A stretch of DNA of 40,534 bases, taken from assembly GCA_014376535.1 (NCBI GenBank), contig JACMRH010000519.1, positions 1 through 40,534 on the forward strand, written 5' to 3'. Below the pieces are notes generated by a model that was not told the DNA's origin, did no database searches, and worked only from the letters and a program-made list of their open reading frames with translations. This stretch comes from Cytophagales bacterium. GTDB taxonomy: Bacteria > Bacteroidota > Bacteroidia > Cytophagales > UBA9547. This document shows positions 19,700 through 30,040 of this stretch, one piece after another (positions within the stretch are counted from its first letter, which is position 1; every line of letters starts with the position of its first letter). The position numbers were made by a program, and so were the translations under genes.

Positions 19700-20093
19700 T
19701 CGATATTTATTGGACTCAAATATTATTATTGCATTTTTTTCAAATGAATTAATCGTTTTAAAAAAGTTTGAACAGGAATTATTTAATCTATTAATTCCTG
19801 CAATTTCCATTGGTGAATTATGCTTTGGAGCTTATAATTCAATTAAAAAAGAAGAGAATCTAAGAATTATTGAAAACTTCACCTCCGCTCTTTCAATCTT
19901 AGAAGTCGATTCCTCAACAGCTAAGATTTATGGATCAATAAAATCTGTTTTAAAACAAAATGGAACTCCGATTCCTGAAAACGATATTTGGATTGCAGCA
20001 TTAGCAAGCCAACATAAATTAACTTTAGTTACAAGAGATAATCATTTTAGACTTATTCCGGATTTAACCATTAAAGATTGGGTACAAGTCTAA
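19689..20093 (+). CDS. vapC: VapC PIN-domain toxin
   Basis: YLLDSNIII, SIGEL.FGA, PIPENDIWIAA, LVTRDNHF; probable start ATG 19689 overlaps the antitoxin end by 11 nt. Confidence 0.93.
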   Translation: MNGNRYLLDSNIIIAFFSNELIVLKKFEQELFNLLIPAISIGELCFGAYNSIKKEENLRIIENFTSALSILEVDSSTAKIYGSIKSVLKQNGTPIPENDIWIAALASQHKLTLVTRDNHFRLIPDLTIKDWVQV

Positions 20094-20100
20094 CCATATA

Positions 20101-20964
20101 ATGAACCTTATCAACATCTCCCCGCTCTGGAAAGAGTATGAGCTTATAGACTCTGGCAACTTCGAAAAACTTGAACGTTTTGGAGAATTTATCCTGGCCC
20201 GACCTGAACCTCAGGCCATGTGGGATAAAATAATGTCAGAAAACGAATGGAACCAAATGTCCCATGCCAATTTCAGAAGGGATGAGAAAAATCCTGAGAA
20301 AGGCCTATGGACATTGAAGTCTCAAATGAAAGAACAATGGCCTATCTCCTACTCATTTAATAACTTACAACTCAATTTCAGGCTAGGATTATCTTCTTTT
20401 AAGCACGTTGGTTTATTTCCAGAACAAGCAGATAACTGGAATTACATTTACCAGAAAACCTCTTCTTTTGATAAACCAAAGGTATTAAACTTGTTTGCCT
20501 ATACCGGAGGTGCTTCACTAGCCGCCAAAGCCGCTGGTGCGGACATTACCCATCTTGATTCGGTCAAACAATGTATTTCCTGGGCCAAGGAAAATATGGA
20601 AGCGAGCAAACTGGACAATATTCGCTGGCTAGTCGAAGATGCTTTCAAATATGTAAAGAGAGAAGCGAAAAGAGGTACAAAATATCAGGGGATTATTCTT
20701 GACCCACCGGCATATGGTCGTGGACCGGAAGGTGAAAAATGGGTTTTAGAAGACTGTTTAAATGAAACATTAAAATATTGCGCTAATATTTTAGACGAAA
20801 AAGGCTTTTTGGTACTTAATCTTTATTCAATGGGTTATTCTGCTTTGCAGGCAGAAACCTTGATAAAATCAGTATTCGGAAATAAGAAGGTAGAAATCGG
20901 GGAATTTTATTTTGAAGACAAGTCTAAAAGGAAACTCCCATTGGGTCTTTTTGCCCGTTTTTAG
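20101..20964 (+). CDS. Class I SAM-dependent methyltransferase (RlmI/RlmK-like)
   Basis: YELIDSG.FEKLERFG, FKHVGLFPEQ, VLNLFAYTGG, ILDPPAYG. Confidence 0.88.
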   Translation: MNLINISPLWKEYELIDSGNFEKLERFGEFILARPEPQAMWDKIMSENEWNQMSHANFRRDEKNPEKGLWTLKSQMKEQWPISYSFNNLQLNFRLGLSSFKHVGLFPEQADNWNYIYQKTSSFDKPKVLNLFAYTGGASLAAKAAGADITHLDSVKQCISWAKENMEASKLDNIRWLVEDAFKYVKREAKRGTKYQGIILDPPAYGRGPEGEKWVLEDCLNETLKYCANILDEKGFLVLNLYSMGYSALQAETLIKSVFGNKKVEIGEFYFEDKSKRKLPLGLFARF

Positions 20965-20970
20965 CTCAGG

Positions 20971-22968
20971 TTATTTAGTTCCTAAAATTTCAAATTCAGT
21001 CCTTCTGTTTTGCTGTCTGCCATCCGGATTATCGGTGCCATCAACATTTTTGTTTGGGGCAATAGGTTTTTCAGAGCCGAAACCTGCAAACTTAAACCTA
21101 TCATTTGTTATTCCCCGGGTAATAAGATAATCCACAACGGCTTTAGCCCTTTTTTCAGACAGTGATTTATTGTACTCAGCTGTACCCATATTGTCTGTAT
21201 GGCCAGATATCTGAACAATGATATTGGTCTGTTTCATGAATAAAAAAAGCTGTTGAAGCTCGGGAAAAGATTCAGAACGAAGTGTTGCTTTGTCAAAATC
21301 AAAAAATATGTTTTTAAGTACAATTTTTGTTCCTATTGAAACTTTTTTAAGATCTACGTCAACTACAAACTCCTGGTAATTAGTACTTAAAGGAATATTA
21401 AAATTTTCCGAATGAAAAAGATAAGGTTCTTTGTTAACTGATATTCCATAATTTATACCTGACGGCAAAACAATTAAATACTTGCCAGTTGTATTATTAG
21501 AAACCATTTCGCTAAGAACCTCATTTTTGGTATTGTCAGTAATCGTAATTTTGCCTTCTAATGGTTGTTTTGTTAATGCATCACGAATAGTACCTTTTAA
21601 TATTGTGATTGGATTGACAACAGAAGTGTGAGCAATATTTAAATTAAAATCCTGTTTAACCAGATTGTCTTTAATCTCTACCTTGTGGGTTGCAACAGTG
21701 GTAGCAACAACCTCTTTAGGCATTGAGATTTTGTAAATGTCCTTTTCTCCATAAGTATCTTCTTTTGCTGAGGAGAAATATCCTGTTTTACCATCAGCAG
21801 AAAGAACAAAATAAATATCATCATCAGGCGAATTTATAGGATAGCCAAGATTCTCAGCTTCCTTAAACTGTCCATTTTCTAATTGAGATTTAAAGATATC
21901 ATATCCACCCATTGTACTATGTCCTTCCGAACTAAAGTATAAGGTAGTTCCATCAGGATGTATAAAAGGAGAATCCTCGTCTTCCTCAGTATTTATAGTT
22001 GACCCCAAGTTTATCGGTGCCGACCATTTTCCTTTATTATCTTTTGTAATTTTGTAAATATCAAATCCACCATAACCTCCTGACCGGTTACTATTGAAAT
22101 ACATAGTTCTGCCATCAGGGGTTACAGAACAATGTAATTCCGAATATTTGGTGTTAATTTCTTTGAAAGGTTTTGGTTTATCCCAAACTATACCATTTAA
22201 CTTAGATATATAAATATCACCGCCATTATCATCTCTGTATAAAAAAAGCTGGGTACCATCAGGAGCTAGTCCAATACTCGCATCATGTTGGTCTGTATTG
22301 ATGGGATCGCCCATATTTTTAGGTGCTGACCATTTTCCATTTACATTGTTTGAAATATAAATATCTTCAAAGAATTCTCCACTTTGATCCTTAACATCGC
22401 CGGTTGTGCCTTCTCTATTAGATGTAAATACCATTTCACTTTCATCAGCTTTGATAACTGGTACATAATCACTTGCTTTTGAATTTACCTCTTTACCCAG
22501 GTTTTCAATTTTGGCAGTTACAGGATGAGCTAGCAGCACGGACCCAAACTCACATTCTTTTATACGTTTCTTTATTATATTATTGTCCTCCGGGGTAGCA
22601 TGATACTTATGAAAAAGTTCATAACTTATTATGGCCTCACCGAATTCAAGGTTCAATTGATGTGCCTGACCGAGAAGGTAAGTAATTGACTCATCTACTT
22701 TGGAGTTTTTATTGTAAGCTTTTTGAAGATAAGGAAGTGCTTTTCTATTAAAAGGAGAATGAATTAAGCAATATCCATAACGGAAATTAAGATAGGCATC
22801 CTCAGAATTAAGACTTAACGCATCTTTGTAATAAATCAGGGCTAGTTTATAATTTTTATCATCGAATAACTCGTCCGCCTGCCTGGTTATCTTTTTAAGA
22901 TTCTGAGAAAAATTATAAAAAGATATCAGGCAAAAAGCAAAAACTAAACCAATTCTATTAATCCTCAA
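20971..22968 (-). CDS. TPR-PD40 beta-propeller-OmpA C-terminal domain protein (PorE-like architecture), TTG start
   Basis: Signal peptide, TPR-like helices, NLG..INT...EDSPFIHPDG.TLYFSS repeats, NIFFDFDK, SGHTD, LSEKRA, NRRTEF. Confidence 0.9.
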   Translation of the reverse strand: MRINRIGLVFAFCLISFYNFSQNLKKITRQADELFDDKNYKLALIYYKDALSLNSEDAYLNFRYGYCLIHSPFNRKALPYLQKAYNKNSKVDESITYLLGQAHQLNLEFGEAIISYELFHKYHATPEDNNIIKKRIKECEFGSVLLAHPVTAKIENLGKEVNSKASDYVPVIKADESEMVFTSNREGTTGDVKDQSGEFFEDIYISNNVNGKWSAPKNMGDPINTDQHDASIGLAPDGTQLFLYRDDNGGDIYISKLNGIVWDKPKPFKEINTKYSELHCSVTPDGRTMYFNSNRSGGYGGFDIYKITKDNKGKWSAPINLGSTINTEEDEDSPFIHPDGTTLYFSSEGHSTMGGYDIFKSQLENGQFKEAENLGYPINSPDDDIYFVLSADGKTGYFSSAKEDTYGEKDIYKISMPKEVVATTVATHKVEIKDNLVKQDFNLNIAHTSVVNPITILKGTIRDALTKQPLEGKITITDNTKNEVLSEMVSNNTTGKYLIVLPSGINYGISVNKEPYLFHSENFNIPLSTNYQEFVVDVDLKKVSIGTKIVLKNIFFDFDKATLRSESFPELQQLFLFMKQTNIIVQISGHTDNMGTAEYNKSLSEKRAKAVVDYLITRGITNDRFKFAGFGSEKPIAPNKNVDGTDNPDGRQQNRRTEFEILGTK

Positions 22969-25372
22969 GGTGTCTTACGTTAATTGAAATTTCTATTCTT
23001 CTGTGAAGTTTACTGCTCTCCTGAGCATTAAGGAGTTTTTTATCCTCCACAAACTTTGTAGTAATATTATTTAGACCAAAACCATGTTTGGTAAGATATT
23101 TCACCATAACTGCAGTCCTTTTCCTAATGAGCTCTGCCCCTTCCTTAGAATTGCTTTCGGCATGTCCTTCAATTAGAATTGGGGATTTGTTTTCCTTTAA
23201 AAGTTGTACAAAATCTAGCAAATCCTTGTTTAATGAATCTGTTAATTCAGTTTTCTTACCAGGAAAATAAATTCTCATTTTATACTTATTGTCTTTGACC
23301 GTTATCAATTTAGAAGAAACTGGATCAGTTAATTTTAAAAATTTTTCTTCACTGATTTTTCTTTCTCTTTCTAAACTATCCCTTTCTTTTCTAAAATAAA
23401 AAGCATTGAATGTATTTTCATACCTGGTTTTAAATTGGAATTTATCTACAAAAATAAATTCACTCCTTCTGTTCAATTGTCTATCCTCGGGTGTTGTATT
23501 CCTAGCTATAGGAAAATCTTCTCCATAACCTACTGGTAGTAGCCTGGTTGAATCTATTCCATTGGCTATAAGATAATTTACAACAGCTTTAGCTCTATTT
23601 TTAGATAGTTTCATGTTGTAAATATTATTAGCGATAGAGTCAGTATGAGCTGCGATCTCAACATAGGCATCTGACTTGGATTTAAGAAGTTTGACCAAAC
23701 GGTCTAATTCAGTTTTGGACTGTGGACGTAATGTTGATTTATCATAATCGAAAAACACGTTGTTTAAAACTGCTACCTTATCAATTTCACCAACAGGTTC
23801 CAGATCTAGATTCTGTTCAATTTCCATGAACTTGTCAGCTTCCTGAACATTTATGTGCTCAGAATGAAAAACATATCCTTCAGCTTCGGCAGTAACAGAA
23901 AAATCCTTACCAACTGGCAAGACTAAAACATATTTCCCAGTAGAGCTGTTTGAATTTATAACCCCTACAATTTCTCCTTTTGATAGATTAAAAATGTTTA
24001 ATACTGCAGCAATCGGTTTACCTGTTTTTTTATCAGTGACTTTGCCTTTCAATACAACTACAAAATTGCTGACCTCTTTTTTGCTAGCCATGTATATGTC
24101 TTTTTCACCATAAGTATCTGCTCGTATGGAAGAGAAATAGGCTCTTGTTCCATCTGCAGACCAAACAAGGAAGAGATCATCATCAGCAGTATTTATTGGG
24201 TAACCAACATTTTCTGGTTCAGACCATTGTTTTGTATCTTCATTATAAACTGTTTTAAAAATATCATAACCGCCCATTGATGCATGGCCAATTGAACTGA
24301 AATAAAGCGTTTTTCCATCAGGATGGATAAACGGACAATCTTCGTCAAATTCAGTATTTACTTTATCACTCAGATCTTCGGCTACACCCCAATTTCCATC
24401 CGGCATTCTTCGGGAGACATAAATATCTTTATGCCCTTTACCACCAGGTTTGTCACTTGTAAAATACAATGTTCGTTCATCTGCTGTTATACTTGCATGC
24501 GATTCCCAATATGGAGAATTAATGTTTTCACTTAATTTTACAGGTTTTTTCCAATTTGCTCCATCCAGGTCACTAACGTAAATATCGCCAGCTAAAAACT
24601 TGTTGTTAGGTTGAGGTTTATATAAAAACAATTCTTGTCCATCTGGCGACAAACCAATGGCAGCATCATGGCCATTCGTGTTGATAACGGGGCCAATACC
24701 TTTGGCCTCCCCCCATTCTTTGCCTTCCTTATTTGATATATATACATCTTCATAATATCCATTATGAAGGTCGTCAAAGCCTCCACCTGTTGTTGTATTT
24801 CTTTTTGAAGTAAAAATCATTTCAGTTTCATCAGCAGAAATCACCGGTGCGTAGTCTGAATATTTAGAATTTATCTTTGGGCCCAGATTTGTTATCTCAT
24901 AGTTTAAAGGATTAGCCATAAGTTTTTTAGCTAGTTCACATTGAGCAATAAGCCTGTCTATTTCTTTATTGTCAGCCTGAAGTCCATTAGACTTATCATT
25001 TACATATTTTCTATGATGATTATAGCTTTCAATGGCTTTATCAAACTGGTGATCCAAGTGATAGATTCTTCCAAGCATTAAATCCATTTCATGGTGCTTA
25101 TGCAAAAGTTTTTTAGCCTTAGAAAAATAAGGCAATGCTTTTAATTTGTATTCAGAATTGTAGTAGCAAACGCCAATCCTGTAATTAGTTTCTGCATTTT
25201 CAGGGTTTAAACTATCGAGTTTGAGATATAAGGGAAGAGCTTGAGGATATTCTTCTACACGAAAATACTCTGTTGCGTTAGATTTAATCTCACGCAAATT
25301 GCCCTGTGCTGAAGACTGATTAACAATTATTAAAAATGCAAAAATGTAAAAAATGATGCCTGATTTAAACAT
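22958..25372 (-). CDS. TPR-PD40-OmpA protein with a second, degenerate OmpA-like domain
   Basis: Same architecture as the downstream paralog; NVFFDYDK, AHTDS, NRRSEF, then IYFPGK..IEGHAES..HRRIEI. Confidence 0.9.
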   Translation of the reverse strand: MFKSGIIFYIFAFLIIVNQSSAQGNLREIKSNATEYFRVEEYPQALPLYLKLDSLNPENAETNYRIGVCYYNSEYKLKALPYFSKAKKLLHKHHEMDLMLGRIYHLDHQFDKAIESYNHHRKYVNDKSNGLQADNKEIDRLIAQCELAKKLMANPLNYEITNLGPKINSKYSDYAPVISADETEMIFTSKRNTTTGGGFDDLHNGYYEDVYISNKEGKEWGEAKGIGPVINTNGHDAAIGLSPDGQELFLYKPQPNNKFLAGDIYVSDLDGANWKKPVKLSENINSPYWESHASITADERTLYFTSDKPGGKGHKDIYVSRRMPDGNWGVAEDLSDKVNTEFDEDCPFIHPDGKTLYFSSIGHASMGGYDIFKTVYNEDTKQWSEPENVGYPINTADDDLFLVWSADGTRAYFSSIRADTYGEKDIYMASKKEVSNFVVVLKGKVTDKKTGKPIAAVLNIFNLSKGEIVGVINSNSSTGKYVLVLPVGKDFSVTAEAEGYVFHSEHINVQEADKFMEIEQNLDLEPVGEIDKVAVLNNVFFDYDKSTLRPQSKTELDRLVKLLKSKSDAYVEIAAHTDSIANNIYNMKLSKNRAKAVVNYLIANGIDSTRLLPVGYGEDFPIARNTTPEDRQLNRRSEFIFVDKFQFKTRYENTFNAFYFRKERDSLERERKISEEKFLKLTDPVSSKLITVKDNKYKMRIYFPGKKTELTDSLNKDLLDFVQLLKENKSPILIEGHAESNSKEGAELIRKRTAVMVKYLTKHGFGLNNITTKFVEDKKLLNAQESSKLHRRIEISINVRHLED

Positions 25373-25477
25373 AGGTTTCTTTTTTTTATATAGAAGTGCG
25401 TAAAAATAACAAATTACTTGCTTTCTATATTTAAGAAAGAAATATTTGTATCATTCACGGATAAATCTTTAACTATT

Positions 25478-26200
25478 TTGTATCAAAAAACGCTCTATCT
25501 AATTCCTTGTCACTTAAGTGAAACACCTATTCCAGGTATTTTACCCCCATTTTTGATTGATGTTATATTAAAAACAAAATATTACTTCGTAGAAGAATTA
25601 AGAACTTCAAGAAGGTTTATCTCTTCTTTAAAACTAGGCATAAAAATTGAAGGGTTGCAATTTTATGAATTGAATAAAAAAACTACCCGAGCTGAACTAA
25701 AGGAGATTTTACAATCTATCCCAGAAAATATTGAAGAAATTGGAGTAATGTCAGAAGCTGGATGCCCTGGAGTTGCTGATCCCGGCTCAAAAATGGTTGC
25801 TATTGCGCACGAGCAAGGCTGGAAGGTAATTCCAATTCCTGGACCTTCTTCCATTTTGTTAGGACTAATGGGTTCAGGATTTAATGGACAACAGTTTACA
25901 TTTGATGGTTATTTGCCCATAAACAATGAAGATAGGGCTAAAGCCATGCGCAAAATAGAAGAAGATGTTAATAACAAGGGAACCACGCATATTTTCATAG
26001 AAACCCCTTTCAGAAACCAAATTGTACTGGTGGAACTTTTAAAACACCTTAATCCCCAAACATTACTTTGTCTTGCAATAAATCTCACTTCTGATACTGA
26101 AAAAATAGAGACAAAAAGAGTAGCAGTATGGAAGAATAATATTCCGGATATACACAAAATACCAACTATATTTTTGATTGGCAAGTTCGATACCAAATAA
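25478..26200 (+). CDS. Tetrapyrrole-methylase family SAM-dependent methyltransferase (RsmI-like)
   Basis: LYLIP, SEAGCPGVADPG, PGPSSILL.L..SGFNGQ.F.F.GYLP, IFIETPFRN; start uncertain (TTG 25478 preferred over 25418). Confidence 0.88.
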   Translation: MYQKTLYLIPCHLSETPIPGILPPFLIDVILKTKYYFVEELRTSRRFISSLKLGIKIEGLQFYELNKKTTRAELKEILQSIPENIEEIGVMSEAGCPGVADPGSKMVAIAHEQGWKVIPIPGPSSILLGLMGSGFNGQQFTFDGYLPINNEDRAKAMRKIEEDVNNKGTTHIFIETPFRNQIVLVELLKHLNPQTLLCLAINLTSDTEKIETKRVAVWKNNIPDIHKIPTIFLIGKFDTK

Positions 26201-26256
26201 TATTGCGAATTTAAGCCGATTGTAAAAATTTATTTTTTTTATTTTATTTCCCTGAA

Positions 26257-26264
26257 TACCTTTG
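26257..26264 (+). promoter_or_regulatory. -7 promoter element for metK
   Basis: TACCTTTG 41 nt upstream of the metK ATG. Confidence 0.6.
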
Positions 26265-26305
26265 GGTTTTCAATTGTATTTTCATTCTAAATCAGATCAA
26301 AAAAA

Positions 26306-27616
26306 ATGGCTTTATTATTTACTTCAGAATCAGTTTCGGAAGGACATCCGGACAAGGTTGCTGACCAGATTTCAGATGCTATCCTTGATGCAATGTTAGC
26401 TCAGGACCCTTCATCTCGTGTTGCTTGCGAAACCTTGGTAACGACGGGACTTGCTGTAGTGGCAGGAGAAATTACCACTAAAGCATATGTTGATGTTCAG
26501 GAAGTAATCAGAAAAACAATAGCAAATATTGGTTACACGAAAGCGGAATACATGTTTGAAGCACGCTCATGCGGAATTATCAACGCACTTCACTCTCAAT
26601 CGCCGGACATTGCACAAGGTGTGAATGAAGGAGAGGGTCTGGATAAAGACCAGGGTGCTGGAGATCAGGGTATGATGTTTGGATATGCAAGTAAAGAAAC
26701 GCCTGAGTATATGCCGATGGCCCTAGCTTTTTCTCACCGTCTGGTAAAATACATGGCGGACATCAGAAAAGCAGGTAAAATGATGACTTACTTAAGACCC
26801 GATACAAAATCTCAGGTAACTATTGAGTATGATAGTAAAGGGAAAGCAGTAAGAGTTGATACAATTGTGGTTTCTACCCAACACGATGATTTCGTGAAAC
26901 CAACCGACAGCAGCAAACAGGCAAAAGAAAAAGCTGATTCAGCGATGTTGGAAGTAATTAAAAAAGATATCCTGGAACAAATTATTCCTGCTTGTATTCC
27001 TAAAGAACTTCTTGATGCTAAAACTAAATATTATGTAAACCCAACTGGGGTTTTTGTAATAGGTGGACCTCATGGTGATTCTGGTTTAACAGGAAGAAAA
27101 ATTATTGTGGATACATATGGTGGTAAAGGTGCTCATGGTGGAGGTGCATTTTCTGGAAAAGACCCATCTAAAGTTGACAGAAGTGCTGCTTATGCGGCCA
27201 GGCATATTGCAAAAAATCTTGTTGCAGCTGGGGTAGCTGAAGAAGCGCTTGTACAGGTTGCTTATGCGATAGGTATCGCAAAACCAGTTTCTGTAAACGT
27301 AAATACTTATGGTACAAACAAAACAGGTTTGAATGATGAGCAAATTGCGACAGAAGTTGCCCAAATCTTTGACCTAAGACCTAAGGCTATTATTGATAGA
27401 TTCGGATTGAAAAACCCAATTTATTCTGAAACTGCAAAATATGGCCACATGGGACGTGAACCATACGAAAAAGAAGTTGATGTAAACTATGTTACTTTAG
27501 AAGAAAAAGGAAACCAGGTGACGGAGGTTCGAACTGCTTCCAAAAAGAAAGTACAGTTTTTCGGATGGGAAAAACTTGATTATGTAGATCAGCTTAAAAA
27601 GGTTTTTTCACTATAA
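26306..27616 (+). CDS. metK: S-adenosylmethionine synthetase
   Basis: [53 protein letters not shown]. Confidence 0.99.
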   Translation: MALLFTSESVSEGHPDKVADQISDAILDAMLAQDPSSRVACETLVTTGLAVVAGEITTKAYVDVQEVIRKTIANIGYTKAEYMFEARSCGIINALHSQSPDIAQGVNEGEGLDKDQGAGDQGMMFGYASKETPEYMPMALAFSHRLVKYMADIRKAGKMMTYLRPDTKSQVTIEYDSKGKAVRVDTIVVSTQHDDFVKPTDSSKQAKEKADSAMLEVIKKDILEQIIPACIPKELLDAKTKYYVNPTGVFVIGGPHGDSGLTGRKIIVDTYGGKGAHGGGAFSGKDPSKVDRSAAYAARHIAKNLVAAGVAEEALVQVAYAIGIAKPVSVNVNTYGTNKTGLNDEQIATEVAQIFDLRPKAIIDRFGLKNPIYSETAKYGHMGREPYEKEVDVNYVTLEEKGNQVTEVRTASKKKVQFFGWEKLDYVDQLKKVFSL

Positions 27617-27631
27617 CATCAATTGACGTAA

Positions 27632-27667
27632 AACAGAAAGGCTGCCTTAAAAGCAGCCTTTTTTGTT
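27632..27667. terminator. Intrinsic terminator, likely bidirectional
   Basis: AAAGGCTGC-cttaaaa-GCAGCCTTT followed by a T tract, between convergent genes. Confidence 0.88.
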
Positions 27668-27687
27668 AAAAAAGTATCAAAACTTAA

Positions 27688-28467
27688 TTAAAAGGCATAT
27701 CCGACACTAATCTCAGCTCTTGGATAAAATGCCCTTCCGATAGTACCGTCATTTAAAGCAACTTTGCCTTCGTATTCCTTGCCTGTATAGGGATCAAGGA
27801 TTTTTTTTGTGTAAAACTCAGTAGAGAATTTACCTCTGGCAATTGAAACTCCAATCAAAGCTTCAATTGAAAAATAATTTTTGAAAATATATTGATACCC
27901 GGCATCAAATCCGAAACCAAATAGAGAATAACTGATATTTGAAGAAGGCAACGAGTATACTGTATTATTTACAACCCTGGTAGGCGGGGCTTTTACGCTT
28001 GCAAACTGCATTGGAATGTAAAATCCTACAAAAACCCCCTTTGGCGCGTATTTATCACTTCCATAATACCTTCCTTCGGGTGTAATGCCAATTCCGTTTA
28101 TCTGTAGTGTATTTTTATAGGCGTCTTCTATAAAAGAAACTGTTTTCAAAGGATTGTAAGTACCCAGATACTCCAATTTAATCTGAATACTACCCATATA
28201 ATGAAGAACCCTCTCGTAAGTCAAAAAGGCAAATCCATAAGCTGATGGTAAATTAATTCCTGCCTTTACAACATTTAATGGATTGTCAATGTATACAGTA
28301 TCTCCTTTTATAGTGTCGTAGACTGTTACATTTAATTTTGAAGTATCGGGTTTGATTTTTCCCATTAAAGATTCAACAGGAACCAGCTTTTTAGATGTGC
28401 TGTCTGTTTGAGCCTGACAAACTATACAACCTAAAATAAAAATGGAGAGATAAATTACTTTTTTCAT
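27688..28467 (-). CDS. Outer-membrane beta-barrel protein (DUF3575-like)
   Basis: Probable start ATG 28467 gives MKKVIYLSIFILGCIVCQA-Q; EGRYY, GFDAGYQYIF, C-terminal ISVGYAF beta signal. Confidence 0.72.
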   Translation of the reverse strand: MKKVIYLSIFILGCIVCQAQTDSTSKKLVPVESLMGKIKPDTSKLNVTVYDTIKGDTVYIDNPLNVVKAGINLPSAYGFAFLTYERVLHYMGSIQIKLEYLGTYNPLKTVSFIEDAYKNTLQINGIGITPEGRYYGSDKYAPKGVFVGFYIPMQFASVKAPPTRVVNNTVYSLPSSNISYSLFGFGFDAGYQYIFKNYFSIEALIGVSIARGKFSTEFYTKKILDPYTGKEYEGKVALNDGTIGRAFYPRAEISVGYAF

Positions 28468-28548
28468 ATTAAAAGCAAAGAAGACAAACTTTCCTAAAAG
28501 AAAAAAGGTTGAGTAATTTAATTGTAATTTTTGTATCATTAGTTTTTT

Positions 28549-29805
28549 ATGAATCGTATTAGTTTTCTGATAATTTTAGCCGGCATCCTTCTTTCATTAG
28601 ATTTTTATGTTTTTCAGGCGGTAAAAACGATTTTTGCAAATTCCAATATTGGTACTAAGCGGATTGTGTATGGAATTTATTGGTCTTACACCATTTTCAG
28701 CCTTGGTGTATTACTCTTTTTTGCCCTTGGTGGAATCGAAAAGCTAGGTTCAATAAGCAGAAACTTTCTGATTTCTGCTGTATTTATCAACCTGATATTC
28801 AAAATACTGATGTTTATTTTTCTGTTACTGGAAGATATATTCAGACTAGGTAAACTAGCTTTTGATAAAGTAAATGTTTCTGATACAAGCTCCGAGGGAA
28901 AAGATGTTTCTCTAATTAACCGATCTGAATTCTTGAGCAAAACCGCTATGGTTGTTGCTTCTGCACCGGTAGTAGCATTTTCTTATGGGATCATTTCAGG
29001 GGCACATGATTATAGGGTAAGGCGAGTAAAACTCCCTCTGGCCAATTTGCCAAAATCATTTCACGGACTTAAAATTGCTCAAATTTCTGATATTCATTCC
29101 GGAAGTTTTTACAATAAAACAGCGGTGAAAGGTGGAGTTGAAATGCTATTAGGCGAAAAACCTGACTTAGTTTTCTTTACTGGAGACCTGGTAAACAATA
29201 GTGCAGACGAAACAGCAGAATATGCTTCTGTTTTTGAAAAAGTGAAAGCCCCAATGGGTGTTTATTCAACATTAGGCAATCATGACTATGGTGATTACAT
29301 CAGTTGGTCAAGTCCGGAAGCAAAACGAAAAAATCTGGAAGATTTAAAGCAGGTCCACAAACAAATGGGTTGGCGCCTGATGATGAACGAACATATAATG
29401 CTCGAACAAGGTGGCGAAAAAATTGCCATAATTGGTATTGAGAATTTTGGTGCAAAAGGACATTTTCCAAAATATGGAAAATTAGCACAGGCATATAAAG
29501 GAACAGAAGATGCTCCTGTAAAATTATTACTTTCGCATGATCCTAGCCATTGGGATTACCAGGTCAGGACCCAATTTCCTGATATTGATGTGATGTTTGC
29601 CGGCCATACGCATGGAATGCAATTTGGAATTGAAACAAAATTTTTAAAATGGAGCCCTGTGCAATACATGTACAAGCAATGGGCAGGGCTTTACACAGAA
29701 GGAAAACAACATCTTTATGTGAACCGGGGCTATGGTTATTTAGGGTATCCTGGCAGGATTGGGATATTACCAGAGATCACCATTATGGAGCTTATTTCGG
29801 CTTAA
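28549..29805 (+). CDS. Membrane-anchored calcineurin-like metallophosphoesterase
   Basis: N-terminal TM helices; SDIH, TGDLVN, LGNHDYG, LSHDP, GHTHG. Confidence 0.93.
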   Translation: MNRISFLIILAGILLSLDFYVFQAVKTIFANSNIGTKRIVYGIYWSYTIFSLGVLLFFALGGIEKLGSISRNFLISAVFINLIFKILMFIFLLLEDIFRLGKLAFDKVNVSDTSSEGKDVSLINRSEFLSKTAMVVASAPVVAFSYGIISGAHDYRVRRVKLPLANLPKSFHGLKIAQISDIHSGSFYNKTAVKGGVEMLLGEKPDLVFFTGDLVNNSADETAEYASVFEKVKAPMGVYSTLGNHDYGDYISWSSPEAKRKNLEDLKQVHKQMGWRLMMNEHIMLEQGGEKIAIIGIENFGAKGHFPKYGKLAQAYKGTEDAPVKLLLSHDPSHWDYQVRTQFPDIDVMFAGHTHGMQFGIETKFLKWSPVQYMYKQWAGLYTEGKQHLYVNRGYGYLGYPGRIGILPEITIMELISA

Positions 29806-30040
29806 GCAAAATCACAAATTCATAGATTATCAATTCCTAATATTGCGAAAGTCCTGTAAAATACCAGGATGAGAACATTTGCAAACAAAATGGTGAATTT
29901 GTCCTGTTTTATAATAGCATTCTGGTTGTAATTCGTTTCAATCTTTTTAAGTTCGTTATTCATTAGAATAAACATGTGGTGAAATATTTTTTCTCCTATG
30001 GTTATTAATGTTATTCTAACCAATATAATCTACTAAGAAA

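Noticed and set aside
26201-26305. Possible SAM-II/SAM-V riboswitch before metK (GAATTTAAGCCGATTGTA resembles part of the motif)
   Set aside because: No supporting P1 stem or downstream GCTAAA pseudoknot partner, and the segment lies upstream of the TACCTTTG promoter element, leaving only about 35 nt of 5' UTR.
29820-30023. 67-aa minus-strand ORF in the intergenic gap
   Set aside because: No recognisable motif; occupies the probable promoter region of the gene at 30041.
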